Source: Catajapyx aquilonaris
Taxonomy: Eukaryota
Direction of reading: 5' to 3'
Assembly: GCA_000934665.2 (NCBI GenBank)
Contig: KZ538251.1
Location: 62,001 to 95,529, forward strand
DNA: 33,529 bases
Position 1 is the first letter of the stretch. Every line of letters begins with the position of its first letter. Of the stretch, positions 1-11,339 are shown piece by piece. Under the pieces are notes generated by a model. That model saw only the letters and a program-made list of their open reading frames with translations, ran no database searches and was not told the origin of the DNA. The translations under genes were made by a program, and so were the position numbers.

Positions 1-3000
1 ACCCGCTACCAATATTGTGCAGATATCAAAAGTAGGGTACGTCATAAAGCAGATGAAGTGAATTTAGTCCCCGTCGGCCATTTTTATGCGATGCCCCCAC
101 TGGGATTTCTGCATGTTCCCCGTGTAACTACATTTCGTTCCGGAACCCCCCTGAAAAAAAGAGGGGGGTGGATGTGCATGTATTGCATGTAATCCTGTAC
201 CCGGCTTGCTTGTGTGTGTAACGCCTCACTCTGGCCCGACCAGATAACGGCGTTGCTCACTCGGCTGCCTGTCCGCAAACTCTGTGCACACACATCACGA
301 GCTTGAAATTATCGCGTATTGATAGGAACTGTTGGGTTTTAAATCACGCCTGAATGATGGGTTTCAACAGTAAGCAGTCACACTACCTGATAGTTTTTCA
401 AAAAATGCTCGGGGGGTCACCACCACTCACGGGTTACCCATGCGGGTCATGACATGTAATTGGGCCCTGAATAGTGAAACTCGCTTTACGGTGGAGTAGC
501 CTGTGTAGTGGAACTGTATAGGACACGGACCGTGCGTGTACTCCAGTGACTATAGTAAATGACTGTGTAGTACCGGACTAGCTCAAATTTGAATGTACCA
601 CGTGGAGTGTTGTGTCGTTATAAGGCTGGGCACAGGCAAGGGTCGTTGTGGTTGGGATTCACCGCCAGTCCTTCTCGTTGCAACATCCAAACACATATCG
701 TTCTGATCCAGGCGGGCACATATGATCCAGCAGACGAATCACCTGTAAATATATTAATATATAAATAGTATAACAATCCTATACCTTTGATCAATATTCC
801 AGAGCAGGTATACCGATGTTGTTGCATGATTCACTGGCCATTAGATCGACAAGGCTTGTAACGACTATGGCGAAACAAGTGGGTTTCCCGCCATGATTTT
901 AATAATAGAAATGCATGATTAATTATTAATAATGAATCCCAGTTGGTACCGTAGCTGGGATTTTAATTACATACAGCAGGCTGGTGGTGGGAACTGCTTC
1001 CGAAAGGCTGACCCAGGCCAACAATTTTTTCTCCCTCATGACAGCATGAATAGCCGGCGCTTTAAATACATTGGAAATTACTCAAACGCGGCATTGTGCT
1101 GGCATGCTGATAAACATGGAGCGTGAATTACATGAGGCCCTGGCTTCCCATGCCCGATGATTAAGATAATTTTGGGCTCCACGCCGCGACAGATTTATGA
1201 TCGACTTGGACGCACGGCGAAGGACATTTTTATATTGTTTCATGCTTCCCAATAATAAATTCCAACTCGCGTTTCCCTACCCGTGTAGCTTATCGCGGTA
1301 CAGGTCTCAAACGTGTGTGCAGATTAGGGCTACACTATGAAATGAAGTTAGTACAGGGGCGATATCTGCACCGGGGATACGATTTTTGGACTATAAAAAG
1401 AATGGCCTGGTGGCGAGAGTCAAGCAAACCGGGGCCGTCCTCAAGTCCCCATAAATTGCGCTAATTACTGGCCCCAGCGCTTTGCCTTAAGAGTGACATC
1501 AGATTAGATAAACTGGCTTAGTAGTATTGCACCGCAATCATGTACTCGATGAATAAATCATGAAATTACCGTCAGTGACGGCTGAAGAGCCAGGAATTTC
1601 CTTTCATATTACCAGATACGGAGCTTGAGCCTCCCCCCATATCGATTCGGATATGTGAACACCCTGACAATGGAACCAGGGGGGGATAAATTAATTTCGC
1701 TCGTAGTAGCTCGTATCAGACACGCCTTGTAGGACAAAAAGGAAATCGACCGTTCCCTTACGATAATGTGACACTAACATGATACTGCCTACACTGGGAA
1801 CTCAAAAATCTGCCTACTCACTCATCCTTACCCCCTATTTCATCACATACACTCGCCAGTACACCCAGGTTTATCCTGAAAGGTAGGCCACCCGCACCAC
1901 GTGGCAGTCTCTTACCCACTTATCAAGGTCGCCTACCTTTCAGGATATCCTGTGGCTCCGATGTATCCGGTGGCTGTATCCTAGCATTATTACACGTCAT
2001 CAAATAGCCGGCTAGATCTACCCCCTTAATGGGATTCCTTTTAGTTGCCCAACTGATAACGTATTCGGGCAGCCGTGCTTGTCGATGACATTGATGAATC
2101 CCATCCCCCAGCAACCATTAACAATTGATGCCTAACCGTCCCGTTTGACACAAGCGTGCATTAGTTCATAGCGCCGGAAAGAAAGATAGGCGGGATCCCT
2201 TATCACTTGATTCACCTCTCATGCGCAATTAATCGCGGCCCATCACGGAGAAGGTGCAGAATTGCATACAGCTTGCCCACAATCCCTATATCAAGCCGAT
2301 AAAAAAAAAGAAATTCTCAGCCCCCCCTCCCAAATATCGATCAGATCTACTCAAATATCCCTCTTTTGCTGAAAATGCGATCCGGGCTAACTAAATTTCT
2401 CTTTATCGGTAAGGAACCGAGCGGTGGTGGGGCTAATCCCAATGTCTTTTTGGCCTTATCTGCAGATATCGCCCGCCTAGAAGTAGAATGAGAGGAGAAA
2501 GAACGTTGAGGGAAGGTGGTGGTCGGTATACCCCCCCACCCCCCTTCCTCTCTTTTTTTACCTCTCCTTTTCTCTTGTTCCCTCTTTTGTCTGCAGAGCA
2601 CGCCATTGGAAATCAATGCTTAGGGGCCAAGCTCGATAATTAATCTCTTGCATGGGTGGCCATGTCTCCAGCCCTTCAATTGGGGGGAAAGCGGAAGGAT
2701 CATACCGGTGGTTTTCAGAGAGGAACAAAAAAAAACGTGCGACTGGTCAACTCTACCTCAACAGCTTTTCTGTAGAGGAAGGGAGGGGATCTATGGCGAA
2801 AATCAATGGCCATCTTTGCACAAGTGCCGCAAACTTTGAATCTACCACCAACCAGGGGTGACAGAGAGACGCAATAATTTCGGAGGGGGAGAACACAAGG
2901 AATCCTGATGAATAACCTCCGGCGGCCTTATCACAAGATCGCTTTTCCTTGTTGTTACACCAACACAACGACGCTAATTACCACGCATAAAAAGCCTGCT

Positions 3001-6000
3001 TAGCACCAAACCTCCAGCTGACATATCATTCCCAGGCAAACAATTAATCCGGATAACTGTACCCCTTCCTCCATTACATTAATTCAGGGCTGGGTGACTC
3101 AACAAAAGACCGCACATTTTAATTGCTTACTTAAGGCAGCCTTGCTTTCAAGTATCTCGTAGAGGGCAAAATTTAGGAAGAGATGTGCAAGAGTTAGGCT
3201 CAGCTTGTGCAGCGAATTCCCTGGGGCTAACAGGCTAGCATTTAATGTTTGTTGATTTGGAGGTGTATGATAATTATTATTTGAACACTGCAGGTGTGTC
3301 CCCTCAAGTGAAAAAAACGGGCTAGTACTAGCTGCGTAATTTTGTAAATAAAAAAACGGTATACACTGTAAATCCTAGCAGTGTTGGTGAATTTTATTAT
3401 TGTCCCTCTGGCAGCGCATTAAAATCAATTCCACCTTTGAGCCAAGTTAAACACAAAGCTGCTATTCCTGAAGCTTGTAGGGGTGTTATTATTACTGTCC
3501 ACATCAAACTAATCCGCATCTGCCATTTTCCAAATCCTCGAAACCACGTGGTAAACACATGTGTTAAAACCCGGGTTCCCACTATAGGAAGTCTGATCCG
3601 TTCTGGCCTCAGTATCATTCTGTCCCTATATTGCCCCCGTCACAATATTCCGCCAGACTTCCCATCGCTATCACCCTACAACTGTCCCCAACCCCCGGCT
3701 TCATATTGTCAAATCTGCTGAGTCCTTTGTCCTTTCCAATTATAAAGCGTTGGAGAATGCACTTATCAGTGTCACATATTATGTCTCTGTATAAGCAGAA
3801 ACTTTCTGTCAGGATATTTTGACACTTAGAAACTATTGGTTCAGTAATAACTGAGGTTCTGAGGAGTTAACGACAAATATTTGGACAGATTTTTACAGTT
3901 CCCAAACTACAGATGGCGCTGTTTGTAAACAAATCGCACCACGCTGTTGCCATATCTGTAGGCGACATAAGTGGGCAGCCGACAAAATTGGTTCTGTCTG
4001 GCAACTCCTGATGTGCTTCTTTGTTTTGTTGTCGCGGTGGCGAGTGGCGGAGTCCATATGATTGATGCGGGACGAGATGATGAACGCCACCCCCTGATGA
4101 GATCTAGCCGCCATCTTTCTCCTCTTCATTTGCTTAATTACGTAGGCGGCTTTGATATTCAATAGACCGTGCAAGCTGAGAAGCACTCTGCTGGCCACGT
4201 GCCACTCCACGTTTCATGTACTGGGATAACCGATTCTCATGCTCGATTCACCCCCTATAGGGCAGTAGGGGAGGGAGAAGAAAAGGGTGGGGAGTAAAGA
4301 ATGAAATGTAATATGGACGCCTCGATTAGTAGTGTCAGGTATGCCAACTTTCACAGAATGAACGATCTATTGATTTTATGCGTTGAAAACAATATATAAA
4401 ATAGGTTTTCAGGGTTGTCACAATCATAACAATGGGCATACAAAATTTTATCTCCAGCACCATTTTATTGCCTGCAAGCCCCCAGCTTTTGTCGATATTG
4501 CAAAATGGCAACATGATAAAAGCATGTTGCTTTTTTGAGGGGGCCCACAACGTGAGAGAAAGCACGCTGTATACTATGCACTTCACAGCCCCAAAAATTA
4601 AAGACAGGGCGTGACATGGCCAGATCCAAATAGTCCACACGCCACTCTTTTCTCACCCGTTTTGTTATAGGCGCCTACACACACGTACTATCCATCTGCC
4701 TCTTTTTCCAACACCCCGAGCGCGTAATATATCACCAGGTTGTGGCCATCGCGTTTTCGTAGGGCCGCCTTGGCAGCGTATCGGTTACGGTAATTACTGC
4801 CGACACTTGTGCCTTTGTACATTCATCTCTCGTCCTTTGCCAATCCATCATGCTTATCTCACGCAATTGCTAATAAAGCATCTGCGGGCTTTAGGTTTTG
4901 GTTGGTAGCTAGGGTCGGCCGTTTTGGCACAATCCGAAGAAATGCGCTCGAATTTGCAGCAAATCACTAAAAGTGCTCTTCTTCTTTGTTTTCCCTTCCG
5001 ACAGAGTTTACTTTGGTGCTAACTTCGTTTACTGCTGATGCAGCCAAACTTTGCATTGTAACTTTGCGCAAATTCTATCCCGGTGCCTCCACTCCACCCT
5101 ACAGAAAAAGTCATGCAAACTGCTTTATTACTTGTGCAAGTGCTCCCGATTACTTGAGATAATGAAAAGGTAACACAAGCTACGCAGCAAAGGGTGGGAA
5201 AAAAAATATAAAAACTTTGCGCCAAAGAAACAGCATTTGCTAAGAAAGCTAAAAGTTTGTGCCACGCACACCCTTTTTTTGACGGATGTCGTGGAGAAGA
5301 AGGCTATAGCCTTCTTCCATTAGGCTTTATTAAAGCCGTCCTCCGCTTTTCTCCCATGCGCCAAAATGCATATTTTTGGGTGTTAATTTGGAAATCCATC
5401 TCCAGGGATTCTTTTGACACACCTTATTTCAAAAAAAAAAACGCGCGTAAGTTGAAGGCAAGGAGCAGGTTACATCACTGGCTATGCTAGTTCTGGTCGG
5501 ATGGACAAGATGGTGTGCTCCCCCCCCCCCCCCNCCCCCCAGTTCAATTTGGTTCATCCCTAGTCCTCTATATCATTCCGCTGAGTCATCCTGGGAGGCC
5601 CAGGCAACGAAGGCCTCTAAGCTAATTTCCACCTCCTGAAAGGCTTGCGTGTGGTACACATTAACCCATAAAATTGAATCCTGCTTGCCGTCGTCCTTCA
5701 TAATTTCTCAAACGCTACTAACGCCACGTGCTAATGGGATATTCTCTAGTGTCATGGATGGCGTCCAGCCTCACATACATTGGTCCAGGACATCTTAGCA
5801 ACACACTAAGGGTCCCTGGTGTTGCTTTAGGATGGGTACTGTACTCCTTCAGCTTTCCCCTCCTGGCTAATAAATTGCGCTGGTCCCAGCCATTAATTAA
5901 CAAAGGATTATACTCATACTTTGATGGTGCAAAGTACACTACATCGTTAATGAAGACTCATCACTCCAATATTTCACGGAGTATTAACGGGGAATGAGTC

Positions 6001-7329
6001 GGGTCTGTCAACACCCAGAAAATAGTGGGGAAATTGCAGTGTATTTGGGTTCAAATAAGCAGGGGATGAAAATATAAATATTCGGCACTGGTCTGTCCTG
6101 TCCGAGGAGCTTTGTGTGTCCCACTCCCGGTTTTGCCATGGCACAGACACGAAATTTCACCCATGATTTGCGGGTCGTGTGTTTAATACCTGTGGGATAT
6201 AACTACATACAAATTAAAAGTGCCATGTGACCTATGACACTTTATTGCCATAATGTGATTGTTATATTGTACATGATTGTCGCAGATTTAGATTATTTGT
6301 GAATCAGGTTTTTCATGTAAATTTTGTGCGATATAACTCCCACAAACTTACAATGCTCTTAGAACCTTAGAACAAAAGAAAAATAATTGGTGAGTGTCTG
6401 CAGAGGTTGGAAATAAGAGGCAACGTAGTGGGTTGGAACGGTGGGAAAATGTGTGGGGTCAGGGCTTGTCGAGGACAGATAGGATGTTCCAAAGGGTGGA
6501 AAGGGTGCGGTTACTACTCCCAGAAGTCTCTCGCTCGGATTATCCTTCCCAGGGCATGTAAAGCGAGACTGCAAGCTTCGGCGCCAGTCAATTAGAAACA
6601 ATGCCTTTCCTAAAGAGGGTTGCCACTGGATTATTAAACAAGTCCTTGGGGTTGGAATTAATTCTCTCCTTCCCTTTCCACACACACACACCTAGACACA
6701 CACACGCTTCTAGTCTAGAGTAGGCTGATCCGTCCAACCCCCTGGCTACCACTCGTTGCTTCTAATGACAGCCACCGCTGACTTTCTCGGGGAGCAATGA
6801 AAAGCGCCCATGAGGGAGAACAAGCCTTTCATGCCAATCCCTGGGAACCCCACAAATCAGTGGCACGGCAGAGGTTGGGAAAGTTTGAAACTGACAGGTC
6901 AGCATGCAAAACTTGGCAAACTTTGAGTTTTTAAATTGATGAGCTAGAACCACGGCGTTGTGCGCTAGATTCGCTACCTGGGCGGTACAACCTATAGCGT
7001 TGTGTAAAGTATCAAGCTGGGTTCACAATGGTGTTGTTCTTTGGTAGTTGTGGTTGGGATCCACCAATCAATTCAATCATTGTTGAATATGTATACAGGT
7101 GAAAAAACCGGTGATGATGCTGCCATTTAACTGCTATCAATATACACAATAAAGTACGGTATTCAGAATAACTTCATATCAAAACATATGCTTCAGTATT
7201 TATAAATGGCTAAATGTACCAGTATTATCAAACTAATGCCCTAAATGCCATTCCATCAAATTTCCTTGGCTCACCTTCTGGGAAAAATTATAAACTTATT
7301 AAATATGTTACAAACTATAAAAAGGTGTA

Positions 7330-7916
7330 CAGGTAAAATCTCGTTTTAGCGAATACCAATACAACGAAATTTCAATAGAACGCAATAAAAATATAATTTT
7401 GTTTGGCCAGCCGTAAGATCAATGTATTTGTAATCCCGTTATTACGAATTGCGTTACTACGAAATTTTCAGTACAACTATTACAAAAGGTGGTTCCCCGG
7501 CTAGTATTGAACCCGATATAACGAAATATGCACTAGTGCAATGCTCCTCCACACGTGCTCCAGCACTGTCTAGCGATAAGCGAGTGTGTGGTCGTGTGTA
7601 ACAACGTCAACAATCGTGAAATGTTGGGTTAAAAGTTGCATCAAGGGGTCGGCAGTGTCTGTTTTGGGGAGTGACCAGGACGCCGAAGACTCAGATGACC
7701 CTGACGACCTGTCTCTGTGGAGGTCAGTTGCTGAAAGCACCGGAGTGCCGGATGAAGTTATCTTCCACGATTTTGTAGCGGCAGATGATGACGTACATGT
7801 GTGCCAGGAGTTGACAGATTCGGACATACTTGCGGGGGAAATAAAAATAACCAGTCTCGATTTAACGAAATTTTGTTATTACTAAAAGGGGCTTCGTTGT
7901 AACGAGATTTTACCTG
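7330..7916 (+). mobile_element. Non-autonomous pogo/Tigger (Tc1/mariner superfamily) DNA transposon, internally deleted, 587 bp
   Basis: Perfect 16-bp terminal inverted repeats CAGGTAAAATCTCGTT (7330-7345) and AACGAGATTTTACCTG (7901-7916), extending imperfectly to ~24 bp. TA flanks both ends (7328-7329, 7917-7918). Subterminal (A/T)ACGAA motifs are repeated. The internal frame 7586-7885 encodes WSCVTTSTIVKCW...FHDFVAADDDVHVCQELTDSDIL, resembling the Tigger/pogo transposase C-terminus (AW..V...TI.NCW and F.DFV..D....LTD.EI). Confidence 0.92.
7586..7835 (+). pseudogene. C-terminal fragment of a pogo/Tigger transposase inside the non-autonomous element
   Basis: The translation shows W..V...TI..CW followed by an acidic stretch and DFV..DDDV....LTD..I. 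No CENP-B/HTH or DDE core is present. Confidence 0.75.
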
Positions 7917-8212
7917 TATCTGGCTTCGCATCCTGACAATTCACACAGTTTTATAGTAAAGAGTAAACAAGCATTTTTAATGGGGTGGTGTGCAGAGCGA
8001 ATCACAATTATTGAAGGGAACACTAGAGTGACATCCCCCTAATTTTTCCATTTGCCTCAGGCTTTTCCACTCACTATTTCAATAGTTTTAATCACACAGG
8101 TATCCACAACTGATGCAATGTCCACAACCAGTGCAACCACACTACTGCACTACTTGATGCATAGCCAATTACATGAATCTCAATAACAAGGCTTAATGGC
8201 ACTCCTACAGTA

Positions 8213-8273
8213 CAGAAGTGTTCATATAGTTAACAGAAGTTTACCAGTTTGCCAGTATTTATGGAACACCCTG
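8213..8273. mobile_element. Tiny decayed Tc1/mariner-type MITE or terminal remnant
   Basis: The right end TTTATGGAACACCCTG-TA matches the common mariner-MITE terminus TA-CAGGGTGTTCC in reverse. A degenerate partner TA-CAGAAGTGTTCATA begins at 8211. Confidence 0.35.
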
Positions 8274-8280
8274 TAAAAAA

Positions 8281-8477
8281 ACAACCTTAGTCCTGGCTAA
8301 CGAGGTCCATAAGAACATAGCAGGTGGAGCAACACAGCAGAGAACATGGTTAAGGGCTTTGGAAAGAAGGATAGAAACTGATAAATCAGATAAGGCCATC
8401 AGAATTTCAGCTGGGAGGCTTGGACCCACGTCCTAGAAAACCTATGGCTTGTCGAAGCGCCTTGGGAGATGAATTAA
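8281..8477 (+). pseudogene. Possible decayed 3' end of an RTE-like non-LTR retrotransposon ORF
   Basis: Reads GGATQQRTWLRALERRI and then, in another frame, SWEAWTHVLENLWLVEA. This loosely matches the RTE C-terminal pattern G...TW.R.I..D...WE.A..A.DR..WR.LV.A. By-eye match only. Confidence 0.25.
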
Positions 8478-9150
8478 TCTTGATCCACTCAGATGGGGAC
8501 TAGGAAAGGAGGAGGGGCATCATCGCATTGCCTCTCTCCGGGTCTCATTTCTCTTCCTTCCAGAAGACAGTGCTTCCGATTCAAAATTCGACGACCTGTT
8601 TCAGATACCAAAAATTTACTATCAGTGACACCCAAGTTTTGGACAGGGCATGTTCTCAAATCCCCGTTTTTTGTAGATGGGTAGAAGGATATCAAGGACC
8701 TTAGGCAAAGAATTTCCATTCTTTAGAGCAGTGCCGACCCGAAATGTGTGATATGTGGGCATATATTGTACTGACCGTTTTTTCTCCCAATCCACCAAAC
8801 ATTACACCGAAAATTTGGAATTTCTGTGTTAAAACGTACGGTAGTAATATAGTTATTAATTATTATATAGGGTTACACATAGACCTGGTGACCATTAGCC
8901 CTTTTTAGGCAGTATAGTAACAGTGTCCTACAGTATATTGTTATGTTAACGATAGTATTTGAAGGACTGTGGTATGATTAGTCACATTCGGCAAACAGCT
9001 CGGTGGTAATATGAATGGAAAACTCATGTAAATGGCTGTCAAAATCACCTGTCTGTAAACAACGATAAACATTATCAGACTAGTGGGCACAACACCATTG
9101 CAAATAACGTTTCGATTTTTCCACAAAATCCTACTCTCCCTTTTTGAATA

Positions 9151-10279
9151 CACTATGCAACACGATATTTGTCCATGGAAATTCATCGTCATGTTCGTGT
9201 TCCTTAGGTCACAAGTAACTCATAATGGGCATTCATTTTGTATTTGATTTGTTTTTGACCTCGGGGCAGTCAAAAAACCAAAGTCCTCAAATATAGCAGT
9301 TTTTTTTCAATCAAGTGGGCCTAAATGTTGCTAGACCATCTCGGATTTTTCTGAAAATAATCACAGCTGTACACACCTACGCCGTAACACTGCGTATCAA
9401 GTTTGAGCCAAATTGCGAAATACCGTGGGAAGAGGGAAAATCGCGAAATTTTGAAAATGGGGCCTTTTTTGGATAATTTTTTTCGAAGAGGCTAGAAGAC
9501 TGCTGTGAGAGAAACCTCGCTTCCTTATACATTGACCCAATGAATGTTGAAGTGCAGCTGGAGGAAACTCCAGATGACAACCTTCAAGGAGTAGAATTTG
9601 AACCAGGTGAATAGGTAATAAAGATTAATAGATAATTTAATGCAATAACCATTGAGTTCCTGAGACTTATTGTAGTCTACTACTCCCCCTATTACCTGCG
9701 GAGGTCATTAGCATGCTCCCTGTAGGTCCTACCTCGAAATGTCCCTATCCAACATTGATCAGGATGGTCTGGGCTGCAACATATCCCATTTTCAGCCAAA
9801 TCGAACGGAAAACCAGAGCATATCCCATATGACCTTCGGAGGTCAATAGCACGCTCCCTGTAGGTCCTACCTCGAAATGTCCATATCCAACATTGATCAG
9901 GATGGTCTGGGCCACAACATATCCCATTTTCAGGCAAATCGAACGGAAGGCCACTCGCCCATATATTTTGTGCCTCATCCTTTTCGCGATTTTTCCCTCC
10001 CCACGGTGTTTCGCAATTTGGCTGAAACTTGATACACAGTGTTACGGCGTAGGTGTGTACAGCTGTGATTATTTTCAGAAAAATCCGAGATGGTCTAGCA
10101 ACATTTAGGCCCACCTGATTGGGAAAAAACTGCTATATTTGAGGACTTTTTTTGACTGCCCCGAGGTCAAAAACAAATCAAAGACCAAATGAATGCTCAT
10201 TATGAGTTACTTGTACCTAAGGAACACTAATATGACGATGACTTTCCATGGACAAAAAAAAGTAATTTATTGCATAGTG
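9151..10279 (+). mobile_element. Non-autonomous CMC-superfamily (CACTA/Chapaev-type) DNA transposon with ~298-bp terminal inverted repeats
   Basis: Termini are CACTATGCAA (9151-9160) and TTGCATAGTG (10270-10279), flanked by the 3-bp direct repeat ATA (9148-9150, 10280-10282). 9151-9448 is the reverse complement of 9982-10279 with few differences, including a 78-bp perfect run (left arm 9315-9392). The interior holds a short acidic ORF end with AATAAA and a 138-bp tandem duplication. Confidence 0.88.
9694..9965. repeat. Two-copy 138-bp tandem repeat inside the CMC element
   Basis: ACCTGCGGAGGTCATTAGCATGCTCCCTGTAGGTCCTACCTCGAAATGTCC... at 9694 recurs as ACCTTCGGAGGTCAATAGCACGCTCCCTGTAGGTCCTACCTCGAAATGTCC... 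at 9832, a period of 138. Confidence 0.95.
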
Positions 10280-10814
10280 ATATCATTCGACAATAGACTT
10301 CACTTCCATTTGATTAAGAATTCTGTCTGGTTTCCACTTTCTTTATTGAAATATTAAAGACTAATCAGTCATTAGCTGAAATTATGCCAGATATAAGCGA
10401 TAAGACGCAATCTGCCGGGTCGACCAATTTGGCATGTTTGATCCTTTTTTAAACTTTTAATATCGTCTAGACTGGTCAGGCAATTGGACGCAATATACAC
10501 GACCATTCTATAATTATTCCAGCAGCTTTCAGAACACTATTCGAAAATGTATAGGCTATGCCAAAGTTAATGGCCCTTGTTTATGACGTGTTAAAAATGC
10601 CAAAAATGTTTCTTTTCATTCAATGCCAAGATGTGTGTTCACATAGTCTCCACTCACTTTTTATATTCTTCCAAGTCGCAACAAGAATTACAATGTGGGT
10701 CAGGGCCAGCTCTTTCTTATAATTTGAAGGTAATGTGGCAATTTTGTCTGACAAATGGATTGCAGCATGATACATAATAAATGCGTTAAGTGTAGCTCTC
10801 GATCGGGCTTCACC

Positions 10815-10840
10815 NNNNNNNNNNNCCCCCCCCCCCCCCC
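10815..10840. other. Assembly gap (11 N) followed by a poly-C run; a similar poly-C run with one N lies at 5520-5540
   Basis: Directly visible N run at 10815-10825 and C15 at 10826-10840. Confidence 0.97.
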
Positions 10841-11339
10841 ATGGATTGCTTTCTGATACTTATGACAGTACTTTTTTCACCGAAGTAAAGCGCATTATCG
10901 GTATATGCAGTGTATTGATTGTGGGAAACATTGTTTTGCATTGGGCAACATGGATTTACTGTGTACTATCGAATTTTGCCCTGTAAATATTTCAGTTTTC
11001 AGTAACCGTGAACCAGTGGCAAATTATACAAATATTGTGGTATAAATTGCTTACAAAATCATGAACACTATAATTATGCTATATTATTGCAGTTTGAAGC
11101 GGAAGGCAATATTGCCAAAAACATTGCAAAATTTATTTCTCGCGTTTTTTTTTACCAAAGCAGAACTCTAATAAGGCGGGATTCATTTGTACTTAATCTA
11201 TCATTTACATCCATTGACAGTATCGTTCATTAGGCCTACAATATGTGTAATTTATAGCAATGTTCAAAGGTAGGACAAAATGCCTACATTTTTTCTCTAT
11301 CTGAGGATTACCATCGAAAAATAGTGACCGATCTAACGC

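Noticed and set aside
5791..5834. Hairpin CATCTTAGCAACAC / GTGTTGCTTTAGGATG
   Set aside because: Only 8 contiguous perfect pairs, which is expected by chance in 33 kb and too short for a pre-miRNA.
6400..6560. LERWENVWGQGLSRTDRMFQRV...LARII..GH, resembling a LINE post-RT region
   Set aside because: Too few conserved residues and no following CCHC knuckle. Plausible, but not supportable by eye.
9692..10114. 140-aa minus-strand ORF with an internal repeated peptide
   Set aside because: It lies wholly within the transposon's right arm and the 138-bp duplication, so the peptide repeat is a by-product.
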